Shown here in pieces: positions 8,887-17,506 of a stretch of DNA of 64,000 bases. The notes beneath the pieces were generated by a model. That model was not told the DNA's origin. It saw only the letters and a program-made list of their open reading frames with translations, and ran no database searches. The DNA lies in NCBI GenBank assembly GCA_018652265.1, contig JABICL010000030.1:6818-70817 (forward strand), given 5' to 3'. This DNA is from Candidatus Peribacteria bacterium. GTDB lineage: Bacteria; Patescibacteriota; Gracilibacteria; Peribacterales; Peribacteraceae. Within the stretch, counting starts at the first letter, position 1. The number at the start of each line of letters is the position of its first letter. Both the position numbers and the translations under genes were made by a program.

Positions 8887-10598
8887 TCATAGAGTACACA
8901 CGTCCTTTCATCATTTACAAGATCCCATACCAGACAATTTGCAATGCCTATAGTGCCAATAATTTCTATCTCCTGATCAAGCTCTGCAAGTGGAGCGCGG
9001 AGATATAGCTTATTTGTACCAAAATCATGTCTAACTTCATAACCGGTAAGAACAGTTCCAGTGCTTGTATCTGCATCTTGCATAGGATCCGCAGGAATTT
9101 CTGCAAGATATCCAGGAACCAGCACATCTAGAGATACTCCACCATACGCATCACACTCCACAACAGAAACTCCATATCGACATACTGGCTCATATTCTTC
9201 TTCTATGGCTCCAAGTGGCGCAGGTTCAGAAGTTCCTATATTTTTTGTGTTCATCCACCATGTAATGGTGTCTGCATTTCTATTTGCAGCAACTATATCT
9301 AGAGCACTATCTTTGTTTACATCGATAGCAGCAATTTCGTGCACTCCATTTGCATCTGACCCAGCTGCAAAAACATAAGTACCAGAAAACGTTCCTCCTC
9401 CTTCGTTTTCCCAGTAAGCAATCTTATCTCCACCATCAGATGCAGCCACAACGTCTAAATCATTATCGAAATCGACGTCAGCAACTATTATCTCCTCTCC
9501 ACCAAAGTTATTTGCTATCTGATGCGATGTCCATCCACTTTGTTTTGGATTGCCATCATTTTCATACCATTCAACTTTTCCAGAAAGAGAAATTCCAACC
9601 ACATCTATATCGTTATCGTCATCTATGTCACCAAAAGTAACTCCCCTTTCTCCTGATTCACCATTATCTATGGTGTAACTGTCCCAGAATCCACTCCAAC
9701 AATTGTTTTCCGGAGTTCCATCATTTTCCCACCAGTACACATATTCTGAACTAAATAATCTCCAACCATTTGCTCCAATAATATCTTTATCTCCATCATC
9801 ATCTAAATCTACTATTTTAATATCGCTCATAGAACCGAACAGACTCAATGCAACACAATTCTCATCCCAATTGTCACCTTCTGGAGAACCATCATTTTCG
9901 TACCATCTAATTGGAACAAATAAAGAGAAATCGGATGCGACAACTACATCATTTCCATTTTCTCCGTCTATGTTTTCAATGGCTACAGAATTAATATTTT
10001 TAAAATTACTCTCTATGGTAGTACGAGAATCAAAACTCGGAGGACTTCCTCCAAGATTTTTCCACCAAGCAATGTCTTTCTTGTTTGCATCTAAAGAAAC
10101 AATATCGTTCAATAGATCACCATTCATATCTCCAACGGCAATGTCGTAACCTCGGAAGTTGCCGGTCTCTATATCGCTTTTTGTCCACGTAAAATATGGA
10201 CCAGTCCCACTCTGCTTCCACCAAGCCACCTCTTTGTCGTTACCTTGAGATGCTCCACCAACAACGTCTATATTATTATCTCCATCCAAATCCACTGGAA
10301 ATATCGATCTTGCAGAATTCATATTGTCCTGAATTATGTAAGCACCCGAGAAATCTACAACTCCTTCTATTTGTGGAATAATTATTTCTACCGGAGTCTG
10401 CCCATCATTATCTATAGTAAAAGCTGTAATTGCACCCAATAAATCATTGAGCATGACCCTTCTTTCACCGTTTCTGGCATTTCCAAGCATGACCCCCGGA
10501 TTAACCTGAGAAATAACCACAGCAGACATAACACCCATTATCCCTAAAGTTAAAGTTACCTCTAGTAAAGAAAAAGCTGATTTGTGAGAATTTAACAT
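8883..10598 (-). CDS. Type IV pilin-like protein carrying an FG-GAP/VCBS-type beta-propeller
   Basis: 571 aa; N-terminal KSA/FSLLEVTLTLGIMGV prepilin-like helix; seven Asp-rich repeats (VDLDGDNNIDVV, GDMNGDLLNDIV, ENIDGENGNDVV, VDLDDDGDKDII, GDIDDDNDIDVV, ADVDFDNDLDVV, AIDVNKDSALDIV). Confidence 0.7.
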   Translation of the reverse strand: MLNSHKSAFSLLEVTLTLGIMGVMSAVVISQVNPGVMLGNARNGERRVMLNDLLGAITAFTIDNDGQTPVEIIIPQIEGVVDFSGAYIIQDNMNSARSIFPVDLDGDNNIDVVGGASQGNDKEVAWWKQSGTGPYFTWTKSDIETGNFRGYDIAVGDMNGDLLNDIVSLDANKKDIAWWKNLGGSPPSFDSRTTIESNFKNINSVAIENIDGENGNDVVVASDFSLFVPIRWYENDGSPEGDNWDENCVALSLFGSMSDIKIVDLDDDGDKDIIGANGWRLFSSEYVYWWENDGTPENNCWSGFWDSYTIDNGESGERGVTFGDIDDDNDIDVVGISLSGKVEWYENDGNPKQSGWTSHQIANNFGGEEIIVADVDFDNDLDVVAASDGGDKIAYWENEGGGTFSGTYVFAAGSDANGVHEIAAIDVNKDSALDIVAANRNADTITWWMNTKNIGTSEPAPLGAIEEEYEPVCRYGVSVVECDAYGGVSLDVLVPGYLAEIPADPMQDADTSTGTVLTGYEVRHDFGTNKLYLRAPLAELDQEIEIIGTIGIANCLVWDLVNDERTCVLYE

Positions 10599-10669
10599 TT
10601 GTATACAGATATTAAACCTAATTTATTCTAAATGGAATATTACGAAAGATATGAAAAATCTGCTAACCT

Positions 10670-11902
10670 GTGCATGTGGAAGAAATGATCAACTCACTCG
10701 GGACGTTATCTGCAGTTATAGGTTCACAGTGGGGAGATGAAGGGAAAGGCAAAATAACCGATATTCTCTCTGAACACTTCGATATTCTTGCTAGAGCAAG
10801 TGGAGGAGCTAATGCAGGGCATACTATTTTTGTAAACGGAGAAAAACATGTGTTTCATCTACTTCCATCTGGGTGCTTGCATCCAGATAAACCAATAGTT
10901 CTTGGAAGTGGAATGGTTATACATCTACCTACACTTTTAGATGAGATAAAAACGCTACGAGAAGCTGGAATAGATGTTGTACCAAGACTACATATTTCCG
11001 AGGCTGCTCACGTTGTTCTCGAATATCACAAAAAAATAGATGGAGTTGTAGAAGAAAGACGCTCAGGTGCAGGCGGCATAGGAACAACTATGAGAGGCAT
11101 AGGTCCTACATACGCAGATAAAGCTCATAGAATAGGCATGCGAATGGGAGATCTAAAAAAAGATGAGGGAGAAATAAAAAAATATTTCGAACATCACGCA
11201 AACTTTGCAGTAAAGATGTATGACATATCAGTAAATTCTGAAATAGAGCTACCACAACTTTTTGATGCAAAGAAATTACTCGAAAAAAGAATTACAAATA
11301 CTGTTTCATACCTGCATAAAGCATTAGGAAAGAAAAGAATTCTTATAGAAGGGGCTCAGGCAACGTTACTTGATATAGATCACGGAACCTATCCACATGT
11401 AACGAGCTCAGGAACAACTGTCACAGGGGCATTACAAGCGCTAGGACTACCACCTAAAGAACTTACATCGTGCATAGGAGTAGCAAAAGCATATTGCACC
11501 AGAGTAGGAGCAGGCCCATTTCTTACAGAAATCTCTGGGAAACGTGGAGATGAACTTAGAGAAAGAGGCGGAGAATATGGAGCGACCACAGGAAGACCTA
11601 GAAGATGTGGATGGCTTGATATAGGCGAACTTAAATTTGCGAGTAGAATAAATGGATTCACACATTTAAATATCACAAAACTAGATGTACTAGATGCAGA
11701 ACCTTCTATACCAGTCTACAACGGCAATGATGTAACTGAACTTCCTGGATGGCAAGAATCTACTGTGGGAAAAACTGACTACCTTCAGTTACCTGAAAAA
11801 GCACAAGAATATGTGGAATACATAGAAAAAGAATCTGGCGTACCTGTAGGCTTTATAGGAACAGGACCAGGGAGAGAAGAAATGATTGTTAGAAGTAATT
11901 AA
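10670..11902 (+). CDS. purA: Adenylosuccinate synthetase
   Basis: QWGDEGKGK P-loop, GIGPTY, full-length 410 aa; true start may be GTG 10676 or ATG 10685. Confidence 0.95.
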   Translation: MHVEEMINSLGTLSAVIGSQWGDEGKGKITDILSEHFDILARASGGANAGHTIFVNGEKHVFHLLPSGCLHPDKPIVLGSGMVIHLPTLLDEIKTLREAGIDVVPRLHISEAAHVVLEYHKKIDGVVEERRSGAGGIGTTMRGIGPTYADKAHRIGMRMGDLKKDEGEIKKYFEHHANFAVKMYDISVNSEIELPQLFDAKKLLEKRITNTVSYLHKALGKKRILIEGAQATLLDIDHGTYPHVTSSGTTVTGALQALGLPPKELTSCIGVAKAYCTRVGAGPFLTEISGKRGDELRERGGEYGATTGRPRRCGWLDIGELKFASRINGFTHLNITKLDVLDAEPSIPVYNGNDVTELPGWQESTVGKTDYLQLPEKAQEYVEYIEKESGVPVGFIGTGPGREEMIVRSN

Positions 11903-11903
11903 A

Positions 11904-11954
11904 GCCCTTCGACTTCGCTGCTCGCAAAGCTCGCAGCTACGCTCAGGATGACAT
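11904..11954 (+). repeat. CCTTCGAC..hairpin..GCTCAGGA element (B-core type)
   Basis: cccttcgac-ttcgctgctcgcaaagctcgcagctac-gctcaggatgacat; same frame as 7315-7350 and 21518-21555. Confidence 0.7.
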
Positions 11955-11974
11955 TTAATTCGTACAACAAAAAT

Positions 11975-12064
11975 ATGTCATGCTGAGCCGTACTGAGCGA
12001 GCTGAACTTGAAGCAGAGCGAAGCGAAGCTTAAGTTCTGCAAGACGAAGTGCGTGTCGAAGCAT
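11975..12064 (+). repeat. Repeat family A, copy 3
   Basis: 90 bp between convergent purA and 12068..12337. Confidence 0.9.
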
Positions 12065-12067
12065 GTT

Positions 12068-12337
12068 CTACTGCGCTAATCCCTCATAATCAACATTATC
12101 CCTTGTAAACTTCGCTACTTTTTCTAAATTCACATCTTTACCATTTGCAGCACTTGCAATCTGAGTTGGCGCAAATTCAGAGCTCTTGTCAGTTCCTACA
12201 ACATCGCCAACTATTCCACTTACAAGTTCTCCTAATCCCATTCTTGCAGTATTCAAAACATTTTTTGCAGCCTCCGCTGCGCCTGACACAAAATCATTAC
12301 CTTCTGATAAAACTTCTGGAGTGGAGTGGTCTGTCAT
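12068..12337 (-). CDS. Hypothetical protein (89 aa)
   Basis: ORF only; Gly/Ala-rich; no recognizable motif. Confidence 0.4.
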   Translation of the reverse strand: MTDHSTPEVLSEGNDFVSGAAEAAKNVLNTARMGLGELVSGIVGDVVGTDKSSEFAPTQIASAANGKDVNLEKVAKFTRDNVDYEGLAQ

Positions 12338-12370
12338 GCGTTTATATGGGTATATTTATTTTGTAAATTT

Positions 12371-12763
12371 TTAGAAAATGAACACATCTGCATGCTCTTC
12401 TATTCTTTGTTTTGATTGCCATAACATATCTATAAGCCCCTTCATTTCTACTGACTCGTCATCCTCTTCTCTGGCATGAAAATCCATAATTCTATCTAGA
12501 AGAGATGCAATATTGGGAATAGCTTGATCTGTTTTTGCTCTAAGTTCGTCATCTAAAGAATCATAAATATCATCATTTATAAAGCTTGATGGCTTCTTGG
12601 TATCTATCTTTCCATCATCTATCAGAGAAATTACAGTTTTCAGAAAATTCTCATATTCGTCAGTTAGCTGCACTGCCTGAGGCTTTCCAAGCTGTTCCTG
12701 CTTTTCCTCTGAAGGATCCTGTCCAGAGTGTTTTTTGATAGCTTTAGCAAAATCATCTGCCAT
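12371..12763 (-). CDS. Acidic hypothetical protein (130 aa)
   Basis: ORF with TGcTATAAT 7 nt upstream of ATG (leaderless architecture). Confidence 0.55.
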   Translation of the reverse strand: MADDFAKAIKKHSGQDPSEEKQEQLGKPQAVQLTDEYENFLKTVISLIDDGKIDTKKPSSFINDDIYDSLDDELRAKTDQAIPNIASLLDRIMDFHAREEDDESVEMKGLIDMLWQSKQRIEEHADVFIF

Positions 12764-12782
12764 ATCTTGTATTATAGCACAT

Positions 12783-14819
12783 GTGGGACTTGCAAACGAG
12801 ATAACAATCCGGCACTTAAAAACAACCGATACTTACATCGAGGCTCTAAATGAAATTGGAATAAGAAAAATAGAAGATCTGATTCTATATCTACCACGTG
12901 CGTATGAAGACCTTTCTCAAATGCAAAAACTTGCAACTGCGCAAGAAGGAGACAAAGTAACTATCAGAGGAACCGTAAGTAATTTAAAACTTGTAAGAAC
13001 AAGGACCGGAAAGAAATTGGTACAAGCAGATTTCACAGATACAGATGGAACTGTGTGCAAAGTAGTTTGGTTTAATCAGCCACATATAAAGAGAATGCTA
13101 TCAGATGGAGAAGACATCGTACTCACTGGAAAATTGGTTCGAACAGGTAAAAAATTCACATTACAAAGCCCTGTATTTGAATCAGGTAATCGTGAAATGC
13201 TTCTTCATTCTGGTCGTATAGTTCCTGTATATCCACAGCATGATGTAATAACTACTAGATGGCTGAGGGAGAAAATGGCACTTGTTAAAAATGTTATAAG
13301 TGATCTGCCGGAAACGTTACCAGAAGAGTTGATAAGTGGTCAGTGGTTAGTGGCTAGTGGTCAGTCGAAGGATCAGAATGAGGAAAGTAAGAAGCTTATG
13401 CCAAGAAATGAAGCAATAATGCAGCTGCACTTTCCTGAATCTGGTGAACTTTTGAAACAAGCACAAGACAGAATATCTTTTGAAGAGCTTTTTAATCTGC
13501 AACTAATTGCGCTTAAAAGAAAACAAGAATGGCAAGCAGAATCTCAGGATAGAATAAAAATTCCTATGAACGTAGAACTTATAAAATCATTTTTTGCTTC
13601 TCTTAAATTTACTCCTACAGATAGCCAAAGAATTGCAATCTATGAAATATTGAAAGATCTAGAAAAGCCAGTGCCTATGTCTAGGCTTCTGGAAGGAGAC
13701 GTAGGATCAGGTAAAACACTAGTTGCAACTGCAGTTATCGCAAATGTGCTCTATTACAACGGACAATGTGCTCTTATGGTTCCTACAGAAGTTCTCGCCA
13801 AGCAGCACGCTGCAAATATAACTAAACTTCTAAATAAAACATGTGTTGCTCTTCTTACTGGGTCTACCCCGAAGAAGGAGGCACAGGAAATAAAACTAGG
13901 CCTTGCTCGTGGGACTATAGACGTAGTTATAGGTACGCATTCACTTATACAGCCAGATGTGAAATTTAAGGATCTTAGATTCGCAGTAGTAGATGAACAG
14001 CATAGATTCGGTGTAGAGCAGAGAAATAAATTAAAAGCCAATGGCTCTCCACATTTCCTATCTATGACTGCTACTCCTATTCCTCGAACGCTAGCTCTCA
14101 CTGCATACGGAGATCATGATCTATCTGTACTGCTCGAAAAGCCTGGAAACAGAAAGTCTATTAAAACAAAAGTAGTTTCACCGAAAGATCGTCGCACAGT
14201 AGAATTATTTATAGATAAAGAAATAGAAGATGGCCGGCAGGCATATGTAATCTGCCCACTTATTACAGAAAGTGATGAACTCGCAGAAGTAAGAAATGTA
14301 ACTTCAGAAGCAAAAAGATTAAAAGAAATATTTCCACGTCGAAATATTGCACTACTTCACGGAAAGCTTACTCCAAAAGAGAAAGATGAAATCATGGGAG
14401 AATTCAAAGAGAAGAAATCAAACATTCTAGTTTCTACCTCTGTAATAGAAGTAGGAATAGATGTTCCAAATGCATCTATAATTCTTATAGAAGGATCTGA
14501 ACGCTTTGGCCTTTCCCAACTTCATCAATTACGTGGTCGTGTAGGACGAGGAGATCATCAGAGTCATTGTTTTTTGTGTACTACAGACGTCGCACAAGCA
14601 AGCTCACAGAGACTGAAGGCTATGGAAAAATTCACTGATGGGTTCTATTTGGCGGAAGTAGATCTAAAGCTAAGAGGTCCTGGCGAGTTGTATGGAACCC
14701 GCCAGAGCGGCATGCCGGAGATTCGAGCCTCCTCACTCACTAATCCTGAGCTGGTTGTAAGAGCGAGGAGGGCGGCGGAATTGTTTCTTGATAAGAAAGA
14801 GGCTCTAATAATCAATTAA
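12783..14819 (+). CDS. recG: ATP-dependent DNA helicase RecG
   Basis: Wedge domain plus SF2 helicase: GDVGSGKT, VVDEQHRFG, ..QLRGRVGRG; start set to GTG 12783 (TATTAT 7 nt upstream) instead of ORF-track 12735, which overlaps the divergent gene. Confidence 0.9.
   Translation: MGLANEITIRHLKTTDTYIEALNEIGIRKIEDLILYLPRAYEDLSQMQKLATAQEGDKVTIRGTVSNLKLVRTRTGKKLVQADFTDTDGTVCKVVWFNQPHIKRMLSDGEDIVLTGKLVRTGKKFTLQSPVFESGNREMLLHSGRIVPVYPQHDVITTRWLREKMALVKNVISDLPETLPEELISGQWLVASGQSKDQNEESKKLMPRNEAIMQLHFPESGELLKQAQDRISFEELFNLQLIALKRKQEWQAESQDRIKIPMNVELIKSFFASLKFTPTDSQRIAIYEILKDLEKPVPMSRLLEGDVGSGKTLVATAVIANVLYYNGQCALMVPTEVLAKQHAANITKLLNKTCVALLTGSTPKKEAQEIKLGLARGTIDVVIGTHSLIQPDVKFKDLRFAVVDEQHRFGVEQRNKLKANGSPHFLSMTATPIPRTLALTAYGDHDLSVLLEKPGNRKSIKTKVVSPKDRRTVELFIDKEIEDGRQAYVICPLITESDELAEVRNVTSEAKRLKEIFPRRNIALLHGKLTPKEKDEIMGEFKEKKSNILVSTSVIEVGIDVPNASIILIEGSERFGLSQLHQLRGRVGRGDHQSHCFLCTTDVAQASSQRLKAMEKFTDGFYLAEVDLKLRGPGELYGTRQSGMPEIRASSLTNPELVVRARRAAELFLDKKEALIIN
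13335..13369 (+). repeat. Heptad block AGTGGNN x4 (+1) in-frame inside recG
   Basis: agtggtc agtggtt agtggct agtggtc agtcgaa encoding SGQWLVASGQS. Confidence 0.85.
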
Positions 14820-15148
14820 ACTGATCCTTTACGACAGCCACTATATACATAAGGCTCAGTTCCCTTTTTAAAAATTGGCACCATATGTGAATCTTCTGGT
14901 GGCGTCCCCATTGCATCTACTACCTGCTCTCTTGAGACATCTAATACATCCGCAAGATTATCCACATATGCAGGGTTTATCCTTTCTGTTCTACCCATTG
15001 CTCTTGCAGGAGTAGTTTCTCCATTTTTAGTAAACTGTCTCTTGGGAATCTCTTGAGACTCTGGAAGAATTCTATGTATTGGCATAGGGTAATTTGGGTA
15101 AAAAATAAGAAATAAAATAAATAAAAATAAGAAATCATAAAACCTCAT
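14816..15148 (-). CDS. Hypothetical protein with N-terminal membrane anchor (110 aa)
   Basis: ORF; start overlaps upstream stop by 4 nt (operon with 15145..15561). Confidence 0.5.
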   Translation of the reverse strand: MRFYDFLFLFILFLIFYPNYPMPIHRILPESQEIPKRQFTKNGETTPARAMGRTERINPAYVDNLADVLDVSREQVVDAMGTPPEDSHMVPIFKKGTEPYVYSGCRKGSV

Positions 15149-15561
15149 GTTTGTGAGGAGGGATATTCAACTTGTGAAACACTTAAAGCACAATCTAAAT
15201 CTCGACAAACTTCTCTAGTCGGCCATCCTATTGCTGAGAAAATCTTATTTGCAGCATCCCCTTCTCCAAGGACTCTAAGCCTAGAAGCAGTACTATGTAG
15301 AAGGCTTGGTAAAGCACTTATAGATATTGGCTCTTTATCTTTTCCAGCACCACGTCGTGCTATTTTAAGCAAATTAATTAGATCGAACGCATCCTGACGA
15401 ACTCTGGCCCATAATTTAATTACAGAATTAAACTGAGGCTGAAAACTAATTGTTCCAATGCCTAGATTGCCATTATTCGGAATATCTCTCCCATACACAT
15501 CATTCACTAAGCCTTGTAACTCAGATGATATTTTTAGCCTATCTGGTAATGCTGTACTCAT
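15145..15561 (-). CDS. Hypothetical protein (138 aa)
   Basis: ORF; preceded 20 nt upstream by an intrinsic terminator and a leader mini-ORF. Confidence 0.55.
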   Translation of the reverse strand: MSTALPDRLKISSELQGLVNDVYGRDIPNNGNLGIGTISFQPQFNSVIKLWARVRQDAFDLINLLKIARRGAGKDKEPISISALPSLLHSTASRLRVLGEGDAANKIFSAIGWPTREVCRDLDCALSVSQVEYPSSQT

Positions 15562-15574
15562 AATTTACATATAA

Positions 15575-15601
15575 ATAAAAAACCCTCGCTTCGTGCGAGG
15601 G
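15575..15601 (-). terminator. Intrinsic terminator inside the leader of 15145..15561
   Basis: Minus sense CCCTCGC-acgaa-GCGAGGG followed by TTTTTTATTT. Confidence 0.75.
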
Positions 15602-15626
15602 ATTTAGTTTCAGGTTGTAGAAGTGT

Positions 15627-15698
15627 TTACGACATAACCTGCCCTCGCGATAAGCGCATCATCATCATTTGCATCATCATTAGGGATTGGCTGGTCAT
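15627..15698 (-). CDS. Leaderless mini-ORF MTSQSLMMMQMMMMRLSRGQVMS (candidate leader peptide)
   Basis: TTGACA (15729-15734) -17 nt- GATACT (15706-15711) -7 nt- ATG; 9 Met in 23 codons; ORF contains GCGAGGG that can pair with the 5-prime arm of the terminator. Confidence 0.5.
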   Translation of the reverse strand: MTSQSLMMMQMMMMRLSRGQVMS

Positions 15699-15730
15699 TG
15701 CGTGCAGTATCTGACTACTTAGAATGTTTG

Positions 15731-16219
15731 TCAAGAGATGGAGCTAAATTCTGTCTTATGCATTAGAGACCCATATATCGCAAGTCCTAGGGCATCTGCG
15801 GCATCATCTGATGTGCATTTTTCACCCAACGTAATTTCTATCATATCCTGCATTTGCTTCTTATCTGCATGCCCATCACCAGTAACTGTGGACTTAAGCT
15901 CAAGTGGAGCTGGTTCGATTATTGGAATTCCTGCACTTTCTAAACTCACAATAATCACTCCCCTAGCCTGCGCTACATCTATAGCAGTTTTTCTATTTAC
16001 CTCGAAATAAAGTTTTTCAACCACTGCAAGATCTGGTTTGTATTTTTTTATAACTTCACAAAGATCACTTTGTATTTCTAATAGACGACTTGGCAAACTT
16101 AAACCTTTTTTAGTTTCGATAGTAAACCAATCTATTAATTCATATTCACCAGGATTATCTGAATCAATAATTCCTATTCCTACAGTAGCAAGGCCAGGGT
16201 CGATACCTAATACTCTCAT
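15731..16219 (-). CDS. ruvC: Holliday junction resolvase RuvC
   Basis: MRVLGIDPGLATVG.. RNase H-fold resolvase N-terminus; start set to ATG 16219 (TATCAT 7 nt upstream). Confidence 0.92.
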   Translation of the reverse strand: MRVLGIDPGLATVGIGIIDSDNPGEYELIDWFTIETKKGLSLPSRLLEIQSDLCEVIKKYKPDLAVVEKLYFEVNRKTAIDVAQARGVIIVSLESAGIPIIEPAPLELKSTVTGDGHADKKQMQDMIEITLGEKCTSDDAADALGLAIYGSLMHKTEFSSIS

Positions 16220-16257
16220 TGGCACAATGATAGCCTAAATAATGTTGATACAAACCA

Positions 16258-16390
16258 AAAATTTTCAATTCATAATTTTCAATTTTCATTCAATTTTCAA
16301 GATCTAATTCTCAATTTTGCAGAATTCGCATGTTTGAAAATTGGCTCATTGATCCTTGAATGAAAATTAGAAATTTAAAATTGTAAATTA
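16258..16390. repeat. AATTTTC-type heptad block and inverted GAAAATT block in the ruvC / transferase intergenic region
   Basis: aattttc aattcat aattttc aattttc attcaat tttcaag (16258-16318) faced by ttgaaaatt ... tgaaaatta gaaattt aaaattg (16334-16390). Confidence 0.7.
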
Positions 16391-16447
16391 TCTCTAATAA
16401 CCACAAATCCACATATTTGTAATCCAGCTATCAGCTACAATACCCCC

Positions 16448-17506
16448 ATGTCTGAAGCTCTGACATTTCTACTTTATTCAACAACAATCTGCCTCCTGCT
16501 TCACATGCTCGCATGTGCAGTATTTCCAAATTTCAAACTACTAGATAAGCCAGAAAAATATGGACTCAAAAGAAAGCCTCTTCCATATCCAACGGGCATA
16601 GCATCCGTAATTGCATTTATTTTGATGTTCACCGTTGCTCAGACTCCCCTATCTTTTCAAGCAAAAGGACTATTGCTAGGAATTGGTCTACTCACATTCA
16701 CTTCGATAATAGATGATATAAAAAGTCTTCCAGCCTGGGCAAGGCTACTTATTCAAGCACTAATCGCATTTATAATATTTGCAGCAGGCACTCGCATTTA
16801 TACAATCACAAATCCACTTGGAGGAATAATAAAACTAGATACTATAGACATTCATCCAGCACTACTCACTACTCACTACTCACTACTCACTAAGATAGGA
16901 CCTCTTCCATTCGCAAGTGGTCTTTTCACAATAGCTTGGCTTCTTCTCACTACTAATTCGTTCAACTGGCTAGATGGCATACCAGGACAAGTAAGCATTC
17001 TCTCTTTTATAGGAGGAATAACACTTGGAATACTTGCGCTAAGCTCTAGAGTAGATCAACCAGAGATTGCTATAATTTCTTTTATAGTCGCAGGAATCGC
17101 ACTTGGTAGTGCTGTTTTCGATCTACCTCCAAACAAAACTGTAATGGGAGATACTGGAGCAATGTTTTTTGGACTCATGCTTGGAACAATAAGTATTTAT
17201 GCAGGAGGAAAAGTAGCAACTGCTTTGCTTGTAATGGGAGTGCCACTTATCGATGCAGCACTAGTAACAACTAAAAGGATTATAAAAGGTAGATCTCCAC
17301 TAAAAGGAGGAAGAGATCATCTTCATCATATGCTTATAGACAATAGGCAATGGACTGAATCTCAAGTAATACTTCTTACAGCAGCACTTGGAACTTCATT
17401 TGGAGTTTCTGCATTATTTATGAGCACATTAGGAAAATTTGCCGCCATCGTATTACTTGGAATTGTAATGCTGCTTATCACTAGATATGCATCTAAGAAA
17501 AACTAA
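16448..17506 (+). CDS. Polyprenyl-phosphate HexNAc-1-phosphate transferase (MraY/WecA family)
   Basis: 352 aa, about 10 TM; NWLDGIPGQ and MGDTGAMFFG motifs; TACAAT 6 nt upstream of ATG. Confidence 0.85.
   Translation: MSEALTFLLYSTTICLLLHMLACAVFPNFKLLDKPEKYGLKRKPLPYPTGIASVIAFILMFTVAQTPLSFQAKGLLLGIGLLTFTSIIDDIKSLPAWARLLIQALIAFIIFAAGTRIYTITNPLGGIIKLDTIDIHPALLTTHYSLLTKIGPLPFASGLFTIAWLLLTTNSFNWLDGIPGQVSILSFIGGITLGILALSSRVDQPEIAIISFIVAGIALGSAVFDLPPNKTVMGDTGAMFFGLMLGTISIYAGGKVATALLVMGVPLIDAALVTTKRIIKGRSPLKGGRDHLHHMLIDNRQWTESQVILLTAALGTSFGVSALFMSTLGKFAAIVLLGIVMLLITRYASKKN
16860..16894 (+). repeat. Perfect heptad tract (CACTACT)x4 + cactaag inside the transferase gene
   Basis: Read directly; encodes LLTTHYSLLTK. 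Confidence 0.95.

Noticed and set aside
12735-12782. ORF-track start of recG at 12735
   Set aside because: It would overlap the divergent gene's coding start and promoter. RecG homology starts later, and GTG 12783 has the canonical -10 spacing.
15651-15680. Plus-strand reading of the CAT run as a His-rich leader (HHHHLHHH), like a his-operon attenuator
   Set aside because: A TAA stop lies two codons upstream in that frame and there is no start codon. The promoter, -10 spacing and terminator T-tract all fit the minus strand, where the run reads as Met codons.
16226-16447. Replication origin (oriC) in the AT-rich repeat-bearing ruvC / transferase spacer
   Set aside because: Only one weak DnaA-box-like site (aaATCCACA near 16405). 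There is no dnaA or dnaN nearby and no box cluster.
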